64,000 nucleotides of DNA from a virus, in the IMG/VR virus record IMGVR_UViG_3300043787_000193, positions 7,230-71,229 of that record; one strand, written 5' to 3'. The position numbers and the translations under genes were made by a program. Position 1 is the stretch's first letter. Each line of letters opens with the position of its first letter. Under the pieces are notes generated by a model. The model was given only the letters and a program-made list of their open reading frames with translations, did no database searches and was not told where the DNA came from. Below, piece after piece: positions 10,000 through 20,900 of the stretch.

Positions 10000-12411
10000 T
10001 CAGTACATCCTCACGGCGTAGGCGTGAACGTCATAGGTCCAGGTTCCCGTGGTGCAAGCGGTGTAGGTCGCGGTCAAGGTAAGGTTGGAGCTGCTGCCCA
10101 CATAAACATCGTTCACCTGGTTCACGTATGAACCCGTGCCGGTTGCCGCTGTGCCCGGAGTCAGCGTGAGCGTTGCTCCGACGCGCGCGTGTGTGCCGTC
10201 AGTCCAGCCGACCGAGATCGTCAGGACGCCGGAGCCCACGGTCGTACAGCCAGCGCTTTGATCGGCGTACACGTTGAACTGGTAGTGCCCAGCAGAAACC
10301 GACGAAGCCACAGTTTGCGGACTCCCGGAATTCGCGGTGGAGACGCCGGTTTGATCCAGCCGGTAGGAACTTGGGACGCAACCCTGAAGTTGATTTGTGC
10401 TGTTGCCCAAAGCCAGACAATCGGTGGGCAGGGAACCGGTTACATAGGCCGTACTAGATGGAGTGTTTAACACCCATTCTGTCCCGTCATAGCAGGCCTC
10501 AAAAACGCCCCCGCTCGTCATATCAACGCCGGTGGCTGCGAGAGCCGCGACTCCCGCCTCCGTGCGCTTGTAAAGATTGATCGCGCCGTAGGCCGTCGCT
10601 CCGGTGTAGGGTGTGACGTTGAGGGTGCTGGTCGCATTTCCTGCGCTGGCAGTCTTGAAATTCACGCACAGCCCAGTCGCGATGCTGGCCGGAAGTCCCT
10701 GGACGGTGATGACAACATTTCCTCCGGAGCCACTGTCGAGTGCGTAGGGGATGGGCGGCGGACAATTTGTGGTGGAGAGTCCCCCGTTGGCCGTGGAACA
10801 TGCGGGATTCAAAGCAGTCGTGCTGATCGTGGCCGCAGTCGCAATCCCGGCATCCGTTCCGACCATCGCTTTATGGTTGAACGTTGCCGCACTCACATCC
10901 CCCGAACCGCTGCCATAAGTGAGAGTCGTGCCGTTGTCGGTCAGGTTGGCATCGCCTGAGATCGTGTTGCCGGAGGCGTTGTAAATTCCAAGCTGGTGAA
11001 TCGTCGCCGAGTTGACTGTTCCTCCCCCTGATGCGGAGACTGTGCCCGGTTCGATATCGTCCCACTCGGTTCCGTCCCACACTGCTTTTACGATGAAGGG
11101 CGCAACGTTGATGTCATTTGCCAGCAGCGCGGCCAAGCCCGAGGAACTGATTTTCTTGATAGGCTGAATGCCCGTCGTGCACCAGTTCAACGTGGAGGCT
11201 CCTGTGTTCGCGTGGAGCGCCACGAAGTAAGCCATGAGTCCGACGCTGAGAGAAACAGTCGGCGCGCTCACCCCCACGGGGCAGGCCACATAAGCGTTTG
11301 CTGTGCCGGTGTCAGTGGGGACGGAAATTCCCACCGCAGGCGCCGTCTCAATTCCGTTCTGCGAGTTGACCGTGAAATTCGGGCAGGTGATCGGCATCCC
11401 CGTCGCGGCGCTGTAGCACATGATGTTGCCGTCTACATAGGGAACCGACTGAAAGGCGGTGGTATAGACTCTCTGATTCGCCAGACCGTTTGGGTCCCAC
11501 GACAGCGCGCTTGATCCCGTTGCTAAATCGACCTGATCGCACAGTTGGTCGTAGCCGAGAGGATTCAGCAGGCAAAACGGGTCTTCCTGATTGAAGAGAA
11601 CGGCAGAGACGCCCGGAGGGGTGGAGGGGCCGATGGTCAGGGGGCCGTTCACCGGGGGCAGGGTGATGGGGCTTGGCAAGGACACCGTGGCCGTGCTCCC
11701 GACTGTTGTAACGTTGACTTGGTTGGGCGTGCCGACGACGGTGGTGGGCGTGGCTCCGGGCAATCCGATGATGGTGGCGCCGGTGAAATCAAATGTGCAG
11801 GGGCCAAGGCCGTCCGTGGGGCTGCACAGAAACGAGCCGATAAAATTACCCGTTGTGCCCGCTGGCTGGTTCCACGTTTGGGTGTTGGTCGGATTCTCGT
11901 AAAGCTGCGAGAATCCCGGCGTCGGTGGCGGCTGCGTCATCGGGTCGGCAGTGACCAGGTTGAAAGTTCCGAGGCTCGCCTGGTTGCCGCAGGTGGTGAT
12001 GGTCGCCGAGGCCGAGCAGATGACGTAAGGGATGCCGCCGCGCAAGGGATGCGAGGCGTCCTTCATGGGCGTGACCACGTAGTAGGTCGAGATCACGTTG
12101 CCGCAGGTCATCTGGTCGTTGCCGAGAATCGAGCCCACGATGGCGGAGCCGGGGGTGACCGGATAGAGATCGAAAGCGTCTTGCGCGACTACGGAGGGCT
12201 GGCCAGGGATGACCGGGATGTTGTCGCCGCAGTTCACCAACTGGAAGTGCAGATAAGCGGTGCGGTAGGCGTTGGCGATGCCGCCGGTCATGGTGCCTGT
12301 GGTCAGGGTGGTGTTGATCGAGACCTGGGCCGCGAGCGGAATCGTCGAGACCAGGACGGTCGAGAAAAAGACCGCCGCGAGCAGGGAAGCGAAAACGATG
12401 GCTTTACGCAT
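10000..12411 (-). CDS. Tail-fibre-like protein with N-terminal signal peptide
   Basis: Two DTGTANAY...F.A..ANTGASTLN...YDGTEW modules typical of phage fibres; N-terminus MRKAIVFASLLAAVFF...LAA-Q. Confidence 0.7.
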   Translation of the reverse strand: MRKAIVFASLLAAVFFSTVLVSTIPLAAQVSINTTLTTGTMTGGIANAYRTAYLHFQLVNCGDNIPVIPGQPSVVAQDAFDLYPVTPGSAIVGSILGNDQMTCGNVISTYYVVTPMKDASHPLRGGIPYVICSASATITTCGNQASLGTFNLVTADPMTQPPPTPGFSQLYENPTNTQTWNQPAGTTGNFIGSFLCSPTDGLGPCTFDFTGATIIGLPGATPTTVVGTPNQVNVTTVGSTATVSLPSPITLPPVNGPLTIGPSTPPGVSAVLFNQEDPFCLLNPLGYDQLCDQVDLATGSSALSWDPNGLANQRVYTTAFQSVPYVDGNIMCYSAATGMPITCPNFTVNSQNGIETAPAVGISVPTDTGTANAYVACPVGVSAPTVSLSVGLMAYFVALHANTGASTLNWCTTGIQPIKKISSSGLAALLANDINVAPFIVKAVWDGTEWDDIEPGTVSASGGGTVNSATIHQLGIYNASGNTISGDANLTDNGTTLTYGSGSGDVSAATFNHKAMVGTDAGIATAATISTTALNPACSTANGGLSTTNCPPPIPYALDSGSGGNVVITVQGLPASIATGLCVNFKTASAGNATSTLNVTPYTGATAYGAINLYKRTEAGVAALAATGVDMTSGGVFEACYDGTEWVLNTPSSTAYVTGSLPTDCLALGNSTNQLQGCVPSSYRLDQTGVSTANSGSPQTVASSVSAGHYQFNVYADQSAGCTTVGSGVLTISVGWTDGTHARVGATLTLTPGTAATGTGSYVNQVNDVYVGSSSNLTLTATYTACTTGTWTYDVHAYAVRMY

Positions 12412-12443
12412 GGGAATCTATCGGCTGGTTTTATTGACGGAGG

Positions 12444-13565
12444 CTATCGGCGTTGCTTGCGGGCTTCCTCGGCTAGGGCGTGGCGGATGTTGCCGCCGTA
12501 ATAGCTCATGGCGGGGCCTTCCGCTTCCCGTTCTTCTTGCTGGATCTTCGAGAGTTCGAGCATGGCTTCGGTGGGGGATTTCTTTTTCCAGAGTTCGCCC
12601 ACGCGCTCGCTCACGCGCTGATCGTAAGTTTTCTTGGTAGGCTCAGGGTGCGACATGACGACGTATTTCGAGGCGTCCGCCGCGTGGTTGTCTTTATCGA
12701 CGATGGCCTCACTCAAGTTGCGGCTCATCAACTGCTGCGCCGTAAGCTTCACTCGGCGGGTGCGCATCAGCTCCCACAGCAGGTTTGGACAGTCCCACTG
12801 GTGAAGTCCCGGCTGCGGACGTTCGCTCGAATTGCGGCAGACGATGCGGATCGTAGGTTCGCGTTCGTCGAGATTCGACCAGTGCAGCAACATGCGCTCC
12901 GCGAAACTCACGTCGGAGCGGTCGCCGTGAAACTTCGAGAAGATTCCCAGGCCTTCCTCGTCGTAGAGTTCCGCGATCGACTTGGCGCGCGCCTGCGCTT
13001 CTCCTGGCCGGGCCTGCCCCTGCTCCATGTTGGCGGGGAAGATGCTCGGGTCGGCGTGACACACGTCCATGCGAAACACGTCCTGCATTTCTTTCAACCG
13101 AGGCGCGTGCTGCGCCACTTCCATGCCCGGCACGTAGTACTCGCCGCAGAAATAACCCACTCCGTCGTGATCGAAGTAGCAGCGCTCCAAAACGGTGGGA
13201 TTGGTTTTGCCGTAATCGAAACCGCCTTCGAGACGCCACTCCGGATGCGGCCGCCAGCGCGGATCGGTGATAACGATCTTCGACCAATAAGTGGTGAGCG
13301 TGGATGCAAACACTAATTCTCCGCCGCCGGCTTCATCGCGGATGTCCTGCTCGCGGTCCCAATCGGCCTGCGAAGTGTATTTCTTGCGTTCCGTCTTTTT
13401 CCAGTCGGGATTGGTGTCAGGGTTGCGCTCAGGATGGACCGAGTAGTGCAGGCGAACCACAGGAATGCCGCCCGAGGTGCGACGGATGCGCTCGCCGGGG
13501 CGCACTTCCACGTCGCTCTGGGCGGGCAGTTTTCTTGTCTTCACTAACGCTTCGAGCGCTTTCAT
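12444..13565 (-). CDS. Terminase large subunit, nuclease (RNase H-like) half
   Basis: GGFDYGKTNPT, GEYY, HADPSIF, DKDNHAADASKY. Confidence 0.8.
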   Translation of the reverse strand: MKALEALVKTRKLPAQSDVEVRPGERIRRTSGGIPVVRLHYSVHPERNPDTNPDWKKTERKKYTSQADWDREQDIRDEAGGGELVFASTLTTYWSKIVITDPRWRPHPEWRLEGGFDYGKTNPTVLERCYFDHDGVGYFCGEYYVPGMEVAQHAPRLKEMQDVFRMDVCHADPSIFPANMEQGQARPGEAQARAKSIAELYDEEGLGIFSKFHGDRSDVSFAERMLLHWSNLDEREPTIRIVCRNSSERPQPGLHQWDCPNLLWELMRTRRVKLTAQQLMSRNLSEAIVDKDNHAADASKYVVMSHPEPTKKTYDQRVSERVGELWKKKSPTEAMLELSKIQQEEREAEGPAMSYYGGNIRHALAEEARKQRR

Positions 13566-13571
13566 GCAGGA

Positions 13572-14348
13572 TCAATCTTCGCTGGTGCGGATGATGTCGT
13601 GGCGTGCGTCGGCGTACCAGCCGGGTCCAGCAGAGGAGTTGAAAATAATCTTGCCCTTCACCGCGGAAATCGCTTCGTTGTAGCATTCGCCGGCGTCCGC
13701 CTGAAACGAGCTTTCATCGTTCAAGTAGCCCCAAGGGTGATAGCTGCGCACCTGGTCGGCCCCTCCGGGGATGCCCACGATGTATCCGCCGGCCGCAAAA
13801 CTCAGCGAATGCTCCGGCTGCAGGTCCACGGGCTTCGTGAGTGGGTAGGCATCCTTCAACCACTGAGGTTGTCTTCGATAGAGACACTTCGCGTATTCAA
13901 CGAGCTGGATTACCTTGTCGTCCTTCTGGGTCTGGAAGAGAACGCCGCGGTGCGGGACGCGCATCGCATTCAAGGTGAGATAGGCGACACAAGCCCAGGA
14001 GACCATCAGGTCGCGCGATTTCTCAATCCATGTGATCTGTTCCGCTTCGAAAATCTGGAACAGATCCTGAAAATAATCGAAGCGGGGAAACTTCTCGTAA
14101 GGCGACGGCCGCTTTTCCTCCACCCAGTGTTCGTTGTAGGTTTCAGTGTGCTCCGTAGCCCAGATATAGGCGTCGCGCGTGGCTTCTTCGGCCTTGCCAT
14201 CGCGCTCGGCCACTTGCACGCTGAGATCCTCGGGCGGTTTGTAGCGCGCGCGCTGGGTCAATTCGAAACGGGCATTGGCCAAGCCCCAGCGCGGATCGGT
14301 GCGCAAGCGGTAGTTTGAGAGCTGCGGCAGTGTCGCGTTACGTTTCAT
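13572..14348 (-). CDS. Terminase large subunit, ATPase half
   Basis: EKSRDLMVSW (deviant Walker A), VRSYHPWGYLNDE (Walker B), NSSA motif III; ATG 14348 overlaps the terS end. Confidence 0.8.
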   Translation of the reverse strand: MKRNATLPQLSNYRLRTDPRWGLANARFELTQRARYKPPEDLSVQVAERDGKAEEATRDAYIWATEHTETYNEHWVEEKRPSPYEKFPRFDYFQDLFQIFEAEQITWIEKSRDLMVSWACVAYLTLNAMRVPHRGVLFQTQKDDKVIQLVEYAKCLYRRQPQWLKDAYPLTKPVDLQPEHSLSFAAGGYIVGIPGGADQVRSYHPWGYLNDESSFQADAGECYNEAISAVKGKIIFNSSAGPGWYADARHDIIRTSED

Positions 14349-14850
14349 CGTCAGGAGCGGCAAAGCGAGCAGGCAGAGCGCCAGTGCGGTGATAGGTTTC
14401 CAGTTCCTCATCGGTCCAGCCGGCGAAGAGATCATGTGAAGAATTCCGGCTCGACATGCCGAAGATGTCTTTGAGTTCGCGCAGGGCGGCGACCTTGGCG
14501 GAATCGGTTTCGGCGCTGGTCGAAAGTGCGTCCAATCGGTTGATGATGTCGTTGCGCGTGATGGTGACGCCTTCGGCTTCGCGTTCTCCGAGGTTGGCGA
14601 CGAACGCATCTTCCTTTTTCTTCAGCGCAGCCTGTACGTTGGGCAGGCTGAATAGCTTCGACGCTACCCGGTCGGGAGTCTTTGACTTCGAGCCGGCGTC
14701 GATGACCGCCTGAGTTTTGTTGCCCTTGAATTTCTCTACGCATTTGCGTTGAAAGGCGGTGAGGGGCTTGTCTTCCGGAGCTACCTGTTTACGCTTCTGG
14801 TTCTTCGTTTTCGAGTGCTTGGGTGCTGGTTTTGCCGGGTGCTTGGGCAT
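14338..14850 (-). CDS. terS: Terminase small subunit
   Basis: LTAFQRKCVEK..GNKTQAVIDAG......VASKLFSLPNVQAAL HTH; AKVAALREL. Confidence 0.85.
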   Translation of the reverse strand: MPKHPAKPAPKHSKTKNQKRKQVAPEDKPLTAFQRKCVEKFKGNKTQAVIDAGSKSKTPDRVASKLFSLPNVQAALKKKEDAFVANLGEREAEGVTITRNDIINRLDALSTSAETDSAKVAALRELKDIFGMSSRNSSHDLFAGWTDEELETYHRTGALPARFAAPDDET

Positions 14851-14913
14851 ACGAGTTGCTCCGTTCTTCGTAACTCGTTTGAGTTGGGGCGGTGCATGAG
14901 TAGGGCAGTGCGG

Positions 14914-17900
14914 TTATTGCGCGACCAGTTCGGATTGCGCCGGCGCTGGGCTCTGCCAGCTATAGCGGGCGCGGGCCTTCTTCTGGGACAAAATCTTTTC
15001 GAGCATCTTGATCTCGTGCTCGTCTTTGTCTTTGCGCGCGGCTTCCAGAACTTTTTCGGTCTCGGCGATCGTGAAGTTGTGCACCATGTCTTCGAGGGGG
15101 TCTAACTTGGCGCGATGTTCGAGGCTCAAAATCTGGCGGTGTGTCAGTTCGCGCTTGGCTTCGGCGTCTTTCAAGGGCTGGCGGTTGCCCTGGCGCAACT
15201 GGTCGAGGATCTCGCGGCGCTCCACGCGACTCTTGTGATCTTCCGGATACTCGGCTTCAGTGCCTACTTTCGCGGCGGCGATGTCTCCCGCAACTTTCTC
15301 GGCGCGGGTTTTCCCGAACTGCACCCCCGCCTGCTGCCAGAAGAATTTCTTTTTCTGTGCAGTGGTCTCGGCGCGTTCGTATTGCCCGACCTGTCCGAAG
15401 TCTCCGAGCAGGTAGTGCGCGAGTTGCTGATACTGGATGTCCCAAGGGGCGTGCGGGTCGTAAATTTGGTGCCCGGAAAAGAATTCCCGGTTGAGCGCCA
15501 ACTCTGCCGCGCCTTTGGAGAACGGGGAAGGGGTCACCACTTTCTGCAACGCGCTCAATACATCCTGTTTGTGCTCGGCAACTTGCGTGGCGGCATCGAC
15601 ATAGCCGGCGGGTCCGGGACGACGCCATCGCGCATGCTTGTCGCCGGTCAACTTCTGCGCGGCTTTGTCGAAGACGTAGGGGAAGAGAACCATAGTGATC
15701 AACCCCAGCATGGCAAGGCGGTCCCAGCCTTTGCCGACTTCTTCCGCCTTGGTACGCCCAGCAGAAGGGGTCTGCGCGCCCAAGGCGGATTTCGCGCTTT
15801 CCGCGAAACTCTTCAGCAGGCCGTAGTGATACGCTCCGAACCAACTGATGAGCGGATTGCCCATGATCTTCGAAGCGGCGCGGCTGTCGGCGATGCGCGA
15901 GGGCAGGCGATATTCGGGGATGATCTTGCCCACTTCCTTGAAAGCGTCCGAGAGGGAAGTTCCGGGGTGTTCCGACTGGTACTGGTAGGCCGCCTGCAGA
16001 TACATCACGTCGGAAGAGAACCAGGCCGCGATCGAGGAAGGCTTGTGCAGCAAGTTCAGCAGGTTCCCATGCTCGATGCCGAGCGCTTCCGCGATCTTCA
16101 TGGCCCAGTGTTCTTTTTTGTCGAGGCCTTCGGCAAGCCGGTCGAAGAATAGTTTGTGGATGTCCTTCAGGTCTTCGCGGTGGGATTGCAGGGCGGCGCC
16201 GGCGTCGAGCGCGTCGAGGAAGTCCTGATTCTTTTCGAGCACGGCTTTCACTGCTTTGCCGCCCGTCTTGTAGATTGATTTCCACTTCCACGGGGCAAAA
16301 CCGCTCAATCCCTTTTCGAAGCCCCAGCTTGCCGCGACGTTCAGCGGGTGGACGATGGGGTTGATCAGGTAGGCCGCGCGCAGGAACTTTTGTACGGTTT
16401 CCAGAACGCCAAATTGTCCCTTGTCTAATCTCTCGGCGTAGTCATTCAGCACTTCGGCGGTGCGGGGCTCGAAGTAGTAGCCGCGGAACTGGGGTAGAGT
16501 GGTGGTCTTCCAGCCTTTGGGCGGATTGCCGGTTCCGTTCCACGCTACTTCTTTGAATTCCGGGGAGGCTTTGTAGGCGTTGAGGAAGCGCAGGGCATCG
16601 ACAGCCGAGCCAAGTTGTACGTTGGACGCAAAGAGAGAGGCGAACAGCGAGTGATAGTACTCCAGTTCGGTGTTGGCTTCGATCTCCTTAGTGGTAGCCT
16701 GCGTCACTTTCCAGTCGTAGCCGTCCGGCCCTTCCACGATCTTTCCTTTTTCGTAGAAGACAGAATTCGGCTCGCCCTCGGGGAAGGTTTCATTCTCGAC
16801 CGGCGAGCGGCCTTTGGCGTTTTTCACAGCGCCTAGCTCCGTGGGTTCGCCGTTCACCCACATGGTTGCTTTACCGTCTTTGATCGAGATCACGCGCCGT
16901 TCGTCACCGTCCGGGGATTCAATCGCCATCATGGTGCGGGTTTTGGTCTGGGGGGCGGATTTCGAGAGAGTCCCTCTGGTCCCGACAGCTTTCACGCCGC
17001 GGGCGATGCGGTCCAGCATGCCGCCTTTGCCTTTCACTGATCGCGAGACGTAGTTCTCGATGGGGATGCCGCCGTCGGTTAACTCTTCGAAATACTCCGT
17101 GTTCTGCTCATCGAGCGGCAGGGCCACGTCGTCGAACCAATCATCCTGGCGCGCGTCGAGTTGCACGTTCTCGGGGTCTTCCTTGTGATCGTAGAGAACG
17201 GCATCGGAAGCGTGAGTCAGTCCTTGCTTCTTGAGTTTCTCGAAGGCGTCTTTCGCCCGGAGAATGCGCGCCTGTTTTCGAGTGTCAAGGGTTTCGAGGC
17301 CGCGTTGTAAGTTGCGCGCGAGTTCGGTCGCGCGATTGACTTCCCGCACGTAGTTACCGATCGTGCCGGCGGCCTCGGCCACGGCTTTTGCGAGTTCACC
17401 GGGGCGGGCTTCGCCGGATTCATCCTTGATCAGCCGGCCCAGCACGGAATCGCCGCTCTCTGGTTCGTCTTCTCCCTGATCGGCGCTGGCGTCGATGTCG
17501 GAAGCGATTTCCTGTTCGTGCGCCGCCTGAAATTCGTCGTTGCCAAGACGCTGGTTGACTTCGCGCAATTCGCGGCGGCCTTCAGTCAGTTCCTTGGTGT
17601 CGAAGGCTTTCTCTTCTTTCGCGAGTTCTTCAAGGCGGGCGACGCGATCGCGGCGGAACTTGATTGCCCCTTCCATCTCTTCAATGGTGTGCGGCAGGTT
17701 GCGCAGAACGTGTTCTGCTGATCGAACCACAGAGGAGAGGGTTGTTTCGGGGGCGGTATATGTCCCGTTCGAGAGTCCGTCGATGCCTTCTGGCCCCCTG
17801 TGTTCTCCGACTCCCGCGCCGCCCCATGAGCGGTAGATGGTGGGGTAGGGAAGCCGGTATTCGAGGTATTCAACCTGCCCCTCGCTCAATTTTCCGCTTT

Positions 17901-20900
17901 CTTTGCGGTCTCTTAGATAGTCGTTGATGCCCTTTGTCGGGTTCTTCTTCAGGAATTCGGCGAGGTGGTCGCTACTGTCGCCCTGCTTGAGTTTGGGCTC
18001 AACGATGATTGGTAGCCCGTTCAGCTTGAGGTGTAGATTGGAAAGAGGGGTTTCCTGCTTTTCCAGCCACTCGTTTGCTTTGGTCCGGTCATCAAACTTC
18101 TGCCCGAGAATGTCGAGGCTGAAGGTTTTTCCGTCCGCGCCTGTGGCTTCGCGGTAGTTGGCCGCCGCCTGCTCCATCGAGGCTTTGCCCGCCTTGAAGC
18201 GTGCGATGCGGTTCTCTTCGCTTTCGATCAGCCCTTGCCGTTGCCGCGCCTGGGCATCGTGCTGCTCGGATAGAATCTCCTGTTTGCGAATCTTTGCTTC
18301 CAGTTCCATCTTCCGCTTTACGTCGGGGTTGCCGGAGGCGATGGCCTTCATTTCTTCGTAGGAGAGAACGGCGTCCGAGGCGGCGTCGGTGATGGTGTCG
18401 CCCACGTCCTTGCCGGCGAGCGCCTGCCAGATGAATTTCGCTTTCCCCTCGAGCGTCTGCCCCATGTAGGCATCGAAGGAGTGCTCGGTTGCGTACCAGT
18501 AGAGCCGGACAACGGGGTTAGTGTTGCCCTGGCGCTCGATGCGACCGGTGCGCTGCTCCAGTTCGCCCGGCTTCCACGGGAAATCTACGTGATGCTCGGC
18601 GATGAGCCGCCGCTGTGCGTTGGTCCCCGCGCCCATCTTCTGCGTCGAACCCAGCAGGACGCGGACCTTGCCCTCGTTGACTTCATCGAACAGGGCGAGT
18701 TTCTTTTCCGGGTTGTCGTAATCGTGGATGATGGCGATTTCGTTTTTCGGAATCCCTTGCTTCACCAGCAGATCGCGGATCTCGTGGTAGAGATTGAATT
18801 CTTCTTTCTTGGTCGCGGGGTTGGTGTAGCGGAAGCGATCGGCGAAGATCATTTGCGTGACCTTGTTGGCTTCGCCGTCTTTATATTCCCGAACTACGTT
18901 CTTGACCACATCGTGAATCTTTGAGTACTGCCCGGAGGCCTTCGGATCGAGCAGGCGCGGATCGGTCGCCGCCAGCCGCCCCTCGGTGACCACCGAGAGC
19001 ATGTTGTCTTCCTCCGGCTTCGGCTTCGGGAAGTACTCCATCTTCACGCGCTTGCCCACCTTGCCGGTCTTCGGGTCGGTGTATTCCTCCATCACGGGCT
19101 TCCCGGCGTCGTCGAGCACGGGAACGCCTTCTCCGCGGATCGCCGCGGCGCGCCGGACCAGGTTGCGCACAATCGGTTCGATGTCGGGGTTCTTGACGCT
19201 CACCATCTTCGGCCCGCCGCCTTCGATCTTCGGCAGCAGGGCTTTTAATTCCGGCAAGTCCTCATTGGTCTTCACGTCGGCGAAGGAGTTGAACATCCGT
19301 TGCAACTCTTGCACGTTGGTGAATTCGGCGAACTTGGAGCGGGGTTTGTAGCTCTCGGCGTCGGGCGAGAGTTCCATGGCGGTGATGATCTTGCCGAAGT
19401 TGGCGGCCCAGTCGTCGAAGTATTTGATCCCGGCCTTTTCGAGCACGTCCGGGGCGACGTAGCGAATCATGTTGTACATCTCCGCCATGGTGTTCTGCAC
19501 CGGGGTGCCGGTCGCGAAGTACACGCCGCGGTTGTTGTTGCGGTCGAGAAGGTAGTCCGTCTTCATCTTCAGCCGCGTGGCGCGTTTTGCGTTGCCCTGG
19601 GCGAGGCCGGCCACGCGCTGCATCTTGGTGTAGAACAGCAGATTCTTGTATTCGTGGGCTTCGTCCACGAACAGAGTGTCGATGCCGGTATCGTCGAAGT
19701 TGATGGCCTTGTCTGATTTCAGGTTGGCGAGCGAGGCGATCTTCGCCTCCAGATTGGCCTTTGCCTTCTCCATCTGTTTCACTGAACGCTTGTGCGCGCG
19801 ACTGGAGGCCTTGTCCCGGTTGCCGCGGCCCTGCGCTTCCATGCCTCGAATCGTTTCTTCCAGTTCGTCGAGGTCCTTTTCGAGCGTCTTGCGCTGGCGC
19901 TCGGCGGAAATATCCATCAGGTTGAAATGGGAGTGGGGCATGATGATGGCGTCCCAATCGTTGTTCGCCATCTTTGCCATCGCGATCTGCCGGTTCTTCG
20001 CGCTGAAATCGTCTTTTCCTACCACCATGACGTTCGCGCCGGGGTAGAGCTTCGACCAGTCCCGCGCCCACTGCTCGACCAGGTGATTCGGGACGGCGTA
20101 AAGAATCTTCTTGGCAAGCCCCAACCGCCGCAACTCGGCTCCGCTCGCGATCATGTTGTAGGTCTTGCCCGCGCCGACGACTTGCGCGATCAGGCCACGG
20201 CCCTGCTGCACGTTGCGCCAGATTCCATCTCGCTGGTGGGGCATGAACTGACTATTGCGCAGCACTGCCAGATTCGCGCCGGGGAAGGTCAGGTGTGCGC
20301 CGTCCGCCTTCGGTGCGACCAGATTGTTGTATTTGTCGTTGAACAGGCGCGCCAGTTGCGGAGACCACTCGCGGTGATCCTTCATCCACTTCGAGAAGTT
20401 GTCGCTGAGTTTCTCTTGCAGTTCGCGGGCGGCGACGGTGCGCTTCTGATTCACCACGCGCCGCTCTGCGGTTTTCCCCTCGTCGTTGATGTAGGTTTGC
20501 AGATCGTAGGAAGTCGGCTGTTTCAGGTTCAGCGCCAGCTCCATCAGATCGGTCGCGGAGAATTCGGCGTTCCCGTATTGGCTGATGTTCTCCGCCGACT
20601 CGCGCGTGTTGTCGATCTTCCAGGTGCCGCCGACGCTTGAAACCTTCACGTCATAGGGTTGCTTCAGGAAGTCGTTCAGGAATTGCTGGGTGGCTTCGGT
20701 GGGAATCCACGTCGCTCCCGGCCGCACGGCGATGCGCTCGATAGGCTTGTCGGGAGGGATGACCTTTTCGAGGGCCTCCACATTGGCCTGATATTCTTTG
20801 GCTCCTTGCGCGACGGCCGCTTTCGCGTCGGCGAGTTTGTCGCGCACGTAGCCCGAGAGATAGTCGTCGGCCATCTTGTAATCGCCGCCGACTGGATCGC

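Noticed and set aside
14349-14609. N-terminal extension of the TerL ATPase ORF
   Set aside because: Overlaps terS out of frame; ATG 14348 gives a typical coupled start
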